This document shows positions 38,289 to 50,649 of a DNA stretch of 64,000 bases, piece after piece. Origin of the DNA: Octopus sinensis (lineage: Eukaryota); assembly GCF_006345805.1 (NCBI RefSeq), contig NC_043008.1, positions 61,938,001 through 62,002,000 on the forward strand, read 5' to 3'. Made by a program: the position numbers and the translations under genes. Positions within the stretch are counted from its first letter, which is position 1; every line of letters begins with the position of its first letter. The notes under the pieces were generated by a model, which saw only the letters and a list, made by a program, of their open reading frames with translations, did not search any database and had not been told where the DNA came from.

Positions 38289-39140
38289 TATGGCATCAAA
38301 ATATTGTTGGTGTGCACTTGTCCCCCACTGAATTCAGGCGATTTCTAAACCAATACTACCTACACAATTGTCAATTATCATAGTGTGCATAATGGAAAAT
38401 TGTTTCCAATTATATATTTATCTACCCAGAGAGAAAGAAAACCAATGTTCAGGGCAGAGGGTTCTAAACTAAGGTTTTAGAGAGCCGACGTCAATCTTGA
38501 TCATCAGCACTTATCATCGAAGTTATTCTAGCTGTGACAACTGACATCTTTTCCTCACACCTAATATGGTGTTAATAGACTATGTTAAATCATATGGCCC
38601 TCTTTTAACACTATATAAGTCAGCATAACGTATTTTGAGGAAGATTTGGCTTTTGATACAATATGGTCTAATAGTGTATGTTTCTTATTTTAGACATTTT
38701 AAGGCCAATTTCAATATTTTTGGAGTTGGTTGAGGATGCAAAATTATTCAATGAGTTCTCTCTCTCTCCTTCAGTTTTTATGTGGAGCTGATCGATACGC
38801 AATGCGTCCAGTGTATAGCCTCGCCTCAGCGCAGAATGTATATTTTTTTGTAAGGCCTAAAAGTTATACTAAGGTCTTGGTTACATATTCATTCCTAACC
38901 TTGCACTATCAGAGCTGATCGTATTCGCTCGGCGAAAATAGGAACAACCTAATATTTGACTTTACTTGATGTAAACTAATCATGAAACGAAAGTGATTAA
39001 TTAATAAAAATACTTATGCGTGACTTGGTCTCCCAAATCATTATCGGATCCGTTGGATTCCTTATGTGATCTAATTGCTCTTACCTGAGAATTTGTTTAG
39101 GAAGCGTCCTTTTGTCTCTGCCTCTAACTGTCTGTCTCTC

Positions 39141-39184
<44 letters not shown>

Positions 39185-39284
39185 TTGCTTGATCTGTTTC
39201 AGGAATTAATCAAAGCTTTAACAAAAATTAAATTTATTGAATTATTTGGAATTACTCAATGTGTAAACCAATATGATATAAAAG

Positions 39285-39850
39285 GTCACACCGCCCCACT
39301 GTCACAATGCAGCATTGCTACACTGCACCAGTGTCTCCGTTTACTGGTATTACACCACGGATGTCATTGTATTCTACAGTTACACTGCCTGTCAATCACA
39401 CTGCACCTGCGTCACACTACGCTATTATCATTACGCAGCGCCGGCACGCTCGACCGTTGTCACTCTGAAATGCTATCATATTACACCACTGTCACTGCTC
39501 CACTATCACACTAAACCACTGTCACACTGAATCCTCGTGGGACTAAATCCCTGCTACACTCTACCGATATCACGCTGAATCTCTATGAAACTGTAACGCT
39601 GTCAAACTAGACAGCTGTCGCATTGTTCCGCCCTTACACTCAATCCCTGTCACATTCTACAGCTGGCACACTGAATCCTTGTTACTACACCAATACTATA
39701 CCACTGTCACTCTGCGCAGTTGGCACACAGACACATGTTGTTACACTGTATCGCTATCACACTATACCACTGTTACATTATATTAGTGTCACATTTTAAA
39801 ACTGCCACACTGTTCACATATCACATGGCACTGCTGTTTCACGACATCAT
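39285..39850. repeat. Degenerate minisatellite built on a CACTGTCACACT-like unit (~15 nt)
   Basis: Recurrent CACTGTCAC / CTGTCACACT variants over ~560 bp. Confidence 0.75.
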
Positions 39851-40370
39851 CGTTACATTTCAATATAATATAACTTTACCTCTTACAGAAGGAAGAGCGG
39901 CGCTCATATCCATGATTTTGTTTCAAGGTACTCTAAGGAAACCATTAGGAAGAGACTATATTGTATTTAAATGGGGCGCAGTAGAATGCATTCCACCATC
40001 AGTCCAGCAAGCACAAATGCGGGATGCTAAATCGGTTGACAAATTAAATGTAATACCCAGGAACTGGTAACATAAAACCTCGGAACACTTCCGATGAGGC
40101 GTCTTGTCCGACATTTGAAAAAATTTGCTATTATCGGCTTTTATTTTTATCATGTCTTTCCTCAATATAATGAAAAGTAACTCTAATCTGTTGCGCCCGA
40201 TCCCAAAACACAGGTAGATGAAAAAACATTGGATATTATTTGGTCATATACTTTTATGAATCTGCTAATTCGCTGCCTGTATTTCGAAAATCTCCCCCAA
40301 AGCAACAGACTTAGCAGTCATTTTAGGTTCTTCGTGAGAGAGTTCAGGGAATGGTTGTATTAAATTTTTG

Positions 40371-40785
40371 TTTCTTTATTGCCCACAAGGGGCTAAACAA
40401 ACAGGGGACAAACAAGGACAGACAAAGGGATTAAGTCGATTACATCGACCCCAGTGCGTAACAGGTACTTAATTTATCGACCCCGAAAGGAATTTGAACT
40501 CAGAACGTATTGTTGGTATGCACTTGTCTCCCACTGAATTCGGGTGATTTCTTAACTAATACCTATTTCTTTACTACCCATAAGGGGCTAAACACAGAGA
40601 GGACAAACAAGGAGAAACAAACAGATTAAGTCGATTATATCGACCCCAGTGCGTAACAGGTACTTAATTTATCAACCCCGAAACGATGGATGGCAAAGAC
40701 GACCTCGGCGGAATTTGAAGTCAGAACGTAACGGCAGACGAAATACTGCCAAGCATTTGGCCCGGTGTGCTAACGTTTCTGCCTT
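40371..40785 (-). mobile_element. Tandem SINE S3 copies
   Basis: GATTAAGTCGATTA(C/T)ATCGACCCCAGTGCGTAACAGGTAC present twice. Confidence 0.85.
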
Positions 40786-41639
40786 GGTTTTATTAAATTC
40801 TATTGGAGAGAGGAGTAAGTAAACAATCAGACACTTTGGATTATTACTCTTCGACAAATACGGTACAGCTCATTTGAGTAGGTTATGGCCAGTTTCAAAT
40901 CGTATAACATACCTGAATAGACACGGCTGTATATGAACCTGGTGGAAAGCTTCATTCTCTTCAATCATTTCCAGGATGATAAATTCTGTCGATGCAGAGT
41001 CAACTAGATCTATACAACCACTACAATAACAATAACTGAACATGAATAATAGCAACAGTGGAATATCTTTTGATACACAGCCTGAGGTAAATGGAATATT
41101 CTACCTTGTCTACTGAATCGGCGAAATAATACAAATGGGAATGTTTGAAATCAGAGATGTTATGTTAGCTATATTTTGTACTTTAACTATTCAATCAACA
41201 TTCCTTTCGGAACATAAATATTTACCAAACGTTCACAAATGTATTATAATTGAATGGAATGTTTCATATAGCATTTCTCTTGAAGACAAAAGACTTAACT
41301 ATCGTCAAATATTTTATATGCCATGAAGTATTTAAAAGCGTAGGCGAATTTGTTTTTGCAACAGTGTCCATAATTGAACGCTGTTGTTGTTACCGTAGTT
41401 AGTTTTATTTTTGTTGTTGTTGCATTTGCTGTCATTTGGTTTGGACGTGCTTCGCATTGACTCCCGGAAACTTGCTAAATTTTGTTGGAATAATTTGTTT
41501 ACTGTTGCAAATATTTTGCTGAAAATTTAAATGAGGAATCCTTATTTCACTAAGTGAAGGGAGAGATTGCCATATTGTCCCTTTTAGGGCGAAATTTTCA
41601 TAACATTTAGTTGCTTTTGGTTGTTTTTCTTTCGACGAC

Positions 41640-42051
41640 GGGATCATTTCGGTTTGAACGGCAGTTTGTCTAGTGGTGTCACATGAAATTGTCACCCATA
41701 ATTATGACACATAGTATCGATCTATTGCATTTCAATCTGTTTTAGGGTTAGGGGTGGGGGAAGGGTATATTTTTTTCTTCAGAAATGTAAACAAACCCAA
41801 TCTGTTTCTTAAACGAGGGACATATTCATACGGCACAGAATGCTTTCACCTCAATAGACGTCATTGATTGGTTGAAATTGCAGAAATTGAAGATAAAAAA
41901 CAACAAATATCTTACAAACTATAGAATTTTCTCAATAAAGCCAAGAGAAAAAGATGTTTTATAAACACATTCTACCAGTATACCTAGTTTAAAAGTGTTT
42001 AGTTACGTGGAAATTATTTTAAAACATTGCCGTTCAAATCGAAAAGATCCC
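41640..42051. mobile_element. MITE-like element with ~25-30 bp TIRs
   Basis: GGGATCATTTCGGTTTGAACGGCAG ... TTGCCGTTCAAATCGAAAAGATCCC; GACGAC on both sides (41634-41639, 42052-42057). Confidence 0.8.
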
Positions 42052-42280
42052 GACGACGCTCAACAACAAATTAAACTTAGAATTAATAAGAAAATCTACT
42101 CATACAATAACAATGACAGCAACACGGGCTGCAGCTACAACAACAACACAAACATCAGCAACAGCAACAATAGTATAAAAGGTAGTGACGATAACAAAGT
42201 ATGTAGTGGGTGCGAGATCACGGGAAAGCAAAAGCTTGCTGGGATGACGGCGTCCGCCTTTACAATTCTAAGTTCAAATT

Positions 42281-42632
42281 CTCTCAAGGTCTACTTAGCC
42301 CTTCATCCATTTCGCGGGCGATAAAATTAGCACCAGCTGGATACTGGGGGTGATTTAATCGACTAACCCCCTTCCCTAAAATTACAGGTTTGTGCTTATA
42401 GTAGAAAGAATTATTATTCGCACTAAGACGTCGAGCTGGCAGAATCGCTAACACGCCGGCCGAAATGCCGTTAGGCATTCCGCCCGTCTTTACGTTTTGA
42501 GTTCGAATTCCGCCGATGTATAGTTTGCCTTTCAGGGCCGATAAATTAAGTATCATTTGAATACTGGGATCGATGTAATCGTCTATCCCCCTTCCCCAAA
42601 TTTCAAGCCTTATACCTAAATTAGAAAGTATC
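42281..42632 (+). mobile_element. SINE S3 with upstream partial copy
   Basis: GAGCTGGCAGAATCGCTAACACGCCGG head at ~42430 preceded by a tail segment. Confidence 0.8.
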
Positions 42633-42649
42633 ATTATTATTATTATTAT

Positions 42650-42900
42650 TCAATATTTGATAGTTTCAGGCAGATTTCTACTGCAGCACCTGGTACACCT
42701 CCGTGTTACTGTGATGACTGCAGTATAGTGTGTTCCTTTTTGTTGTTGGGCGAGTGCAAGATCTTTCCGTCATTTCCTTTTTTATGAGGTGTAGTGCAGT
42801 CTTTTGTTGTATTAGTGTTTGTATTGTGTGTTGTGTGTAATACGATGGATTGGGTCCTGCTTGTGGTAGTTTATTTTATTGGATGTAATGCTATATAACG
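42650..42900 (-). mobile_element. Possible Dong/R4-like LINE 3' end in (TAA)n
   Basis: Weak IQQKTALHLIKK similarity to the motif at 44835-45005; ends in a TAA run. Confidence 0.3.
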
Positions 42901-42969
42901 TGTGTCTTGTGTTTGTGGATTACAATTCTTATTGTTGTTGTTGTTATTATTATTATTACTATTATTTTA

Positions 42970-43020
<51 letters not shown>

Positions 43021-43175
43021 TGATAGGGCACAGAAGGTGTGTCAATAGCCAGCCGGAGAAGATGTTCTCCTGGGGCTACAAGCTACAGTAGCATCCACCC
43101 TTAGTGATTAGCCACATTTAAGTGGCAAATATACTTCACATTGTCGTGCAGCTACTGTTTATACCTCGTTCAGAG

Positions 43176-43210
<35 letters not shown>

Positions 43211-44363
43211 TATTATTATTTTTATCATTATTATTATTATCATTACTAATATTTCAATGGAGTTAAGCAAGAATTTACTGCACCTCTTGTTGTACATTAG
43301 TGTATATAATATGCGCGCAGCACTATTTTCTTGAAATCAAGAGCTGTGCTCTGTATATTAAATATTTTGTAATATTTTGCGTTTCTTTTAGGGGTTTCTA
43401 GTGTGTATTGCCTTTAGTTCTATGTATTTTATAAAATGCGCTCTGTGTTTTAAAATTGCGTGCTTATTGTAACATCAATAGCTTTTTGATGTATAGAAAA
43501 TGATATATATGTATCATTCTTATTGTAAAAGTAAAATTGAATGTTTAAGAAATCTCCAGTTTTTCTACATTACCTGTCATCATGTGCATAAATAATATTT
43601 TATAACCTCGGGTAATCCCTTTCATTACAAGTCAAATTAGACTGAGGAAAATTGTGTAGAATACGGTCCTGTGAATTGTGCCTGTAATTTAAAAGGGACA
43701 CCTTCATCAGTCTCATCTAACCAGACTGATTTTGCTTGATAATGACAATAAATATTTATTTGTTTCTGCAATAGTAATTTATTGAGGTGGTGATTGAGTT
43801 CTCTTGGACATACAGGAGTTATGTTAGCAGTATTAATTTAGGGGTTTACTGTATTTGACAGGAGACTATTTTAATGATGGTTTGTCACCGGTTATGTTCA
43901 TCGGGGATATTTTGTGCAGGAAATTTAATTCGTGAGAAGATTACTGGGCAAAGGAAGTTATAGTTAAGTATAATATTATAATGAGGTTATTGTGATTTTT
44001 CTTATGTATTTGTAATATAGGGTCTCCTATATTAATTTAATGCGAATTTGAGGAGGGGAAAGATACCCTTCCCCAGTACCCTCAAAGCGTCAGGTTGTTC
44101 AGCATTCGTGGTATACCTGAACAAACCCTGGGTGGTTATTCCCGCTACTGGGGATTTTTCATTGTTATAATGCTCTTGTTTAATATCTGTTTGTATTGTT
44201 TTTCTAACTGCTTACTAGCTGTTTTGTGTAAAACAACCACTGTCCCCGTCTACTGTATTATTCCCTATATATCGGCCCTGGTGGCCAATAAATGAAATTA
44301 TAATAATAATAATTAATAATAATAATAATTATCATTGTTGTTGTTGTTGTTGTTATTAATATT

Positions 44364-44810
44364 AAGGCGGCGAAGTGGCAGAATCTTTACCACACCGGGC
44401 AAAATGCTTAGTGGCATTTCGTTCGTCGTTACGATCTGAGTTCAAATTTCGCCGACGTCGACTTCGCCTTTCATCCATTTGGGGTCTATAAATTAAGTAT
44501 CAGTGAAACATTGGGACCGATGTAATCGACTAGTCCTCGCCCCCAAAACTTTTAGGCTTTGTGCTCATAATAAAAAAGGATTATCACTATTATCATTAAG
44601 GCGGCGACCTGGCAGAATCGTTACCGTACTGGGAAAATGCTTAGCGTTATTTCACTCGTCGCAACATTCTGAGTTCAAATTCCGCCGAGGTTGACTTTTC
44701 CATTCATTCTTTCGAGATCGATAAATTGTGTACCAATGAAACACTGGGGTCGATGTAATCGACTAGTCCCTGGGGGGAAATTTCAAGGCCTTGTACCCTC
44801 AGTAGAAAGT
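44364..44810 (+). mobile_element. Tandem SINE S3 dimer
   Basis: Two TTAAGGCGGCGA heads (~44362, ~44597), each followed by the body. Confidence 0.85.
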
Positions 44811-44834
44811 ATTCGTATTATTATTATTCAGTAG

Positions 44835-45005
44835 TCATATTTCTATCCGGTGCTTTCAATGCACTACCGGGCGCAGCTCTGTGTGCCTTCAGTTTGTCCT
44901 GCGGTTTGTTGTGATGCTCTTATTTTTACTGCCTTGAAAGTGTTTTACGTAGGATGTGTGCGGTGCCTTGTGGTGCTATTTTCTGTATGTTATAAGTATT
45001 TGTTA
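44835..45005 (-). mobile_element. Dong/R4-clade LINE 3' end
   Basis: GLTNTYNIQKIAPQGTAHILRKTLSRQ* resembles the IQKxxLLGTAHILRK C-terminus; 3' UTR runs into (TAA)n. Confidence 0.6.
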
Positions 45006-45018
45006 GACCTGTATTGTT

Positions 45019-45200
45019 ATTATCACCACGAAGGCGGAAGTATTGTATTCAGTCGTGTTTGTATGTTTGTTTGTCCGTGGACAAGATATCTCAAGTACCG
45101 CTGGATGGATTCGGATGAAATTTCAGGAATGTTTGGCCTCGTAAATGGCACTGATTAGAATTTGGAATCGATCCGGTACCGGAAAAGGATTCAGGATTAT
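45019..45200 (+). mobile_element. DINE-1/HINE-like (Helentron-associated) non-autonomous element fragment
   Basis: TTATCACCACGAAGGCGGAAGTATTG...GTATGTTTGTTTGTCCGTGG...GGATGGATTCGGATGAAATTT layout typical of this class. Confidence 0.5.
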
Positions 45201-46579
45201 TTGCTATATTTACGTTACATGATTGCGATCTTACGTTGACTTTCAAGTCTTTTTCAATTATCTCCCTTTAGGCTGTTTCCAACGCTTTATTTTCGTTCCT
45301 CTATAATTAAATTTACCCGCGTCTCTAATTAAGTAGAAACTGATGGATAAAAATCAAACTACAACAACAAACGGCAGCAAACCCGTCCAGAAATTAAATA
45401 ATACTAACATATTATTATAATATAGGACAGACTTTTTTCAGTTTCCATCAACCAATTCCACCGACATGTCTTTAGTCGGCACAACGCTATTGTTGAAGAC
45501 ATTTGCCCAGGGATTAAACCCGTAACTATGTGGTTGGCAAGCAAGCGTCTTAGCACACAGCCACGACTGCGCCTATGAATAAACATATTCATATGCATAT
45601 ATATATATATACATATATATATACAAATATCTATAATATAAATACATATATATATACACATATACATGCATATATATGCATATATCTATATATATTTACA
45701 TATACATCTATATATACATATATATGTCTGTGTCTGTCTGTATGCCTAAAGGTAAGACGTCCCTACTCCACTAAATGTAATTTGTAATAAATGTTGGTAC
45801 TTTGAAATATCAAATGTTTCTCCCAATGTCTTTTTAAAATTAGATTTATTTATTTAGAAAAAATTACTACTTTCTTAACTAATGAAATAAATCTAAGGGG
45901 TTTTATTACTACATGAAGTATCATAGCGCCTATTTCACTATTAAATTCGCAGGCACCCATCACGAGCTATTTTGTATGTAAATGCGAAAAATTACTCTAC
46001 TTTTTGGCAGCGTACATATTTTATCAACTCTTACAAGGAAAATGTTGACAGTGATTACGGTGTTTATCTGTGTATATGTGTGTGTGCATGTATGCATGTA
46101 TGTATGTTAACAGGCATCCATATGCGTTATATGTGTATGTAAAAGGATTGTTATTAAAACGAATGGCCAAGGAAGGGTGTGAGAAAAGATGGCCATGTTA
46201 GAAGATAGAGTCATTGTCTGGAAAATATTATCACTCAAGTAACAAAGGAGATCTTGATTCTATGACACACTAATTCATAAAAGCTTCCACCAATTCATCG
46301 AACATCTTATAGAATCAATGGAAAACTCTTCAAATCAAATAATCGTTGTAGTATTTGCGCTTATGATAGATCGTGCTGCTTATTCAAATCATCATATTCG
46401 TTTCTTTTCTTCTAATTGTAATAGTAATCAGCAGTAGACATCAAATTGTAAAACTAGTTAACATAATGCCAAAATATTAGAGCAGTTTCATATTGTTTAG
46501 CTTGTCTGTTCTGACAACATTTAATGTTGCTTTATATTCATCAAAGATTGTATTGAAATGGTAAGTGTGCTTCTATACA

Positions 46580-47480
46580 ATGTCTGTTCTTACATTACTA
46601 GACACAGGATAGCTTGAAGAAGATAAATTTGTTTTCTTATCAGCAATTATTAATGAGAAATGGTGCAATTGAAGAAATGTAATTGGTCATCGGTGACGCT
46701 ATTTTTAGTTACAAATGTATTACCAATCAATAGACTTATCTAAAGTAACTATTCTTATCCAACAGTTATTGAAAAACCAGAAGAATTATATACAAGCTAA
46801 TCATTTGAAGAACTCGGTAAAGGAACCAATTTTCTGATAAAAACACTAATATGATACAACCCAAAATGATTTTTTAACTCGAAATTTTCTTTCTTTCAGA
46901 ATTACCAAGACATTCGACAGGAAAGAAAATCAACTTCTTGTACAGAAGCATTTCTACTTTTTACGTCTACGAAACGTAATTGAATGGAAGAAAAGTTTCC
47001 AAGAAATGATGACTGCTTCTAGCATTCTGAATATGAGAGTTCTCAGAAACATACGCTATCAAATAAATGATTTAAAGGTCACTTGCGTAGAAAAATAAAA
47101 TGTAGTTTTATCATAGAAGAATAAAGTGTGCAATAGTTCAAAGATGAAATATTAGTATGGGAGTTAGTATGTTTCCATGTTAGATATAATTATAAAGTAT
47201 TTGGGAGGCGAATCAGTGGAAGGAGAGTCTTGAAGTTTGCAACTACTTCGATAGTGACTACTTTATTTAAAGCAAGCTTTTGTCTCAAAATAACGATGGT
47301 TTTAGCTAGTCGGTTTACCAGTTAGAGCATGCAACATTTATTCTTGATCTCTCTTCTTCAAACAAAACTACGTTAATAATCATTCAAATAAAAACTACTG
47401 AAGAACGGGGCCTATCCATTTTGAAAGTCTGCCTGGAGAACTATCAGTGAAGTATTTCTTCGTATTAGTAATATTCCTAG
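46580..47480 (+). pseudogene. Heavily decayed Helitron PIF1-like helicase
   Basis: Ordered remnants QLLMRNG, SELPRH, LRLRNV, LNG, PGELSV/LRIS against LLxIGNG, SGLPPH, MLLRNL, CNGT, HGQLYVALSRV. Confidence 0.4.
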
Positions 47481-48011
47481 TCTACTAAAGGGTTAATCTG
47501 TCAGAAAATATTATTTGTTAATGTAATTATAGTCGCTTGCCTCTTGGTTCAAAATATTGAGTTAATACTCATATGTTTACGATTTAGAAGGAAAGTTGCT
47601 TTTACTTCCTGAAGCATAAAATAAAGATAAGGATAATTTCATTCACTCAGTTTTCTGAATTTTCCAGTATTGTGATAGTGCTACTAATTCCTTTCTAGAT
47701 ATATTGTACTATAATTTTTATTCTAACCTAATATATAACAAATTTATTCAAACAAATATGTAACACACTGTCGTTTTCCTATTGAGTAAAACAAAATTAT
47801 AACTTTTTACAATTGCTGGTAGAACATTGTTCCTTCCTTACGCTAGAGAAAGTATTTTTAACAAAAGAGTAGTTGTACATTGTTTTAAGTTTACTAACAG
47901 TCACAATCTAGTCTCAGATTTGTTACACGAACAATAAAGAGTTGTGAAACAAGTAATTTATTGAACTACATCTGAAGAGGTCCCGGCCTAAGACTTATCT
48001 GGACAGCTAGA

Positions 48012-48110
48012 TGTATGTATGTATGTATGTATGTATGTATGTATGTATGTATGTATGTATGTATGTATGTATGTATGTATGTATGCATGTATGCATGCAT
48101 GTATGTATGT
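48012..48110. repeat. (TATG)n microsatellite
   Basis: Direct. Confidence 0.95.
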
Positions 48111-48119
48111 AAGTACGTA

Positions 48120-48400
48120 TATAATTATTCAGTTTTATTTTAAGATTTCTTGACAATAATGAGTTGGTTTCTAACCTATATTCAAGGGTCCTTCATTGGA
48201 ATTTCAACATCAACAACAGGATATATTTGCATGGATGTACATGTGCAGTTTTTATGCGTTGTTTTCTGCATTTATTCTCATGCATATAGCTGCATGTCTA
48301 GGCATCCTCATATATACTTAAATGATAACATTTTGGTAAGTTTTACAGATCTTTTCAGTTCCAGTGATGGCTTGGGTCTGTAGTCTTCGAATCAAATTAT
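48120..48400 (-). mobile_element. Decayed Penelope-like 3' end abutting (TATG)n
   Basis: Weak ORF tail (AHVHPCKYIL) followed by an AUGAAGG...GAAA-CC motif; ends at the microsatellite. Confidence 0.35.
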
Positions 48401-49037
48401 GTAAGTATGTATTATGTATGTATGCAAATTTATCAGATTAATACTAGTCTTTGACCAATTAAACTGTAATTTTGTTGTGGGTATATTACGGATAGTAAAG
48501 GAACGAAGTAGTAAAGGAATGTGAGCGTTAAGGAAGTTTTGATCTAAAACCGGAACATTAAAAAAGTAACTGTACAAATATTATTATCAATTATAAGAAT
48601 GCTATTAATTCCCTTATTAGTAATGATAATTCTAAGGGTTACCCTTAACAAATAAGTGCAGTTGTCATCTACCTCTTCTTGGTGGCAATGAATATGGATG
48701 AGAATTAAGGCACTAAGAAGGAAAATTAGAGTAATTTTAGAATGCGCTTTGAACTAGCCAAAATTTTGACTGCATAAATAGTAAAAGAAACATTTCTTTA
48801 ATAAAACGGAAAACAAATAAGAGTGGTATCGCATACATATTTTTATGACAGGTTCGTACTTCCTTCTTCTTACACGAAATGTAACGATAAAATTTGCTTT
48901 TTCTCTCTTCAAGTTTGATAAAATTTGCCCAATTAATATGCTGGATCAAATTAATTGGCTATCATTTTCTTAAGAGAAATCAGCTTTCGTCTTAGAGAAA
49001 ATATTTTGTTATTACAACACAAGCAGTGAAATCTTAT

Positions 49038-49620
49038 GCGTAGGAGTGGCTGTGTGGTAAGTAGCTTGCTTTATTGTACTGAATGTTAATTTTGAACAAT
49101 GTTTTAGAGAAGCGAAAGTCGGCGGGCGCTTTTGTCTTCTCCCATCACCATCTTCATCCATCACCATCATTCATTAATGTCCTTGTCCAGCCCGTAGCTA
49201 CTCTGTGTGCTGCCCTAGTGGCAAAAATTTTTGAAATAAAGTAGCTTGCTTACCAACCACATGGTTCCGGGTTCAGTCCCACTGCGTGGTACCTTGGGCA
49301 AGTGTCTTCTACTATAGCCTCGGGCCGACCAAAGCCTTTTGGGTGGATTTGGTAGACGGAAACTGAAAGAAGCCCGTCGTATATATGTATATATATATAT
49401 GTATGTGTGTATATATGTTTGTGTGTCTGTGTTTGGTCCCCTAGCATTGCTTGACAACCGATGCTGGTGTGTTTACGACCCCGTAACTTAGCAGTTCGGT
49501 AAAAGAGACCGATAGAATAAGTACTAGTCTTACAAAGAATAAATGCTGGGGTCGATTTGCTCGACTAAAGGCGGTGCTCCAGCATGGCCACAGTCAAATG
49601 ACTGAAACAAGTAAAAGAGT
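49038..49620 (+). mobile_element. SINE S1 interrupted by a 167-bp insertion
   Basis: Head 49038-49071, resumes at 49239; AAGTAGCTTGCTT duplicated. Confidence 0.9.
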
Positions 49621-49639
49621 AATAAAATAAAATGCTTTT

Positions 49640-50110
49640 CGCACTTACCATTCCAGCATTCTTGGAGACTATTCATACCCATTTGGAATAGCTTTTGCTT
49701 GTAACTTTCTCTTTCTAATCATATTCTCAGAAACATTCCAAAGTATTACGTTGCCTCAAAATTTTGCGTGAAATTCAGCAACGTGAAACATATTTTCCCA
49801 TTCACTTCAGTATTACAGTATCACATAAAAACGAGGCAAATATTTCGGGTAACTGAATTCCACGGTGCGGTAAGACTTTCAGAATCGCAATGTTTCCATA
49901 ATGCGGGGTATATCTGTGCATAACCTCGTGCATATTTTTGTCATTAGAACGATATCCAGATGGCTCAGCAGAGACAGAGATATCCTGCGACCGATGTCTC
50001 AATATGTGACAAACAGCTTCGTCGAAATATACTGTTATTGTTTTTACTTGATCTGGAGTTACTCCAATTTGAACAAACATAATATTAAATGTGTTTCAGT
50101 CAATCCCAAC
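49640..50110 (-). pseudogene. Mariner transposase C-terminal relic
   Basis: KVLPH motif and FQMGMNSLQECWNGKC resembling GIxxLxxRWxKC. Confidence 0.5.
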
Positions 50111-50376
50111 TTTTTGTTCTGACGTCTAGTACCTACGAATGCATTATCTAATAATTCTATTTTGTAAATCGGTGGAGTGGAGTGTTTTGAGAGATTTTAG
50201 CTATTATTTCTAGCAGATGAGCACCTAAATATAGGATCTCTCTTTTACTTGTAAAGCCACATTGTGGGAGAATTCTTCCAGCATTTGAATTGTTTCGTAA
50301 AATATTTCTACGACAATTCAAGATGAATTTATCAGAATTCTGTGTTTGGGTCGTTGATCGAGTTGCTGTTGATGTT

Positions 50377-50649
50377 TGTTTGTTTGTTGAGCGAAGAGGT
50401 CTTCGTGGGAGAGGTCCGAAACGTGGTCCTTTGCTATTCGTAAGACCCGCAGAAGAGAAAGCAAGTCAACCCCCGACACCAGGAGCATCGAGGGATGGAT
50501 GAATGCGCATCCAGGCTCAGCGGTTGCGTAGGAAGTCGGGGACAAGAAATAGAAAGAAAGAGCGAGAGAAAGTTGGAGCGAAAGAGCTTCGTGGAGCTTT
50601 AGGTGTTTTCGCTCAATAAACACACACAACGCCCGGTCTGGGAATCGAA
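50377..50649 (-). mobile_element. SINE S2, tail variant 3, 5' truncated
   Basis: S2 head/middle joined to a third tail ending in (CAAA)n; TSD TGCTGTTGATGTT (50364-50376, 50650-50662). Confidence 0.85.

Noticed and set aside
39890-40360. KSVALGGDFR-like Helitron helicase motif on the minus strand
   Set aside because: A single frameshifted motif; flanking motifs unconvincing
43635-43715. CTGAGGA and CTGATGA cores on opposite strands
   Set aside because: No GAAA, stem III or cleavage triplet in the required order
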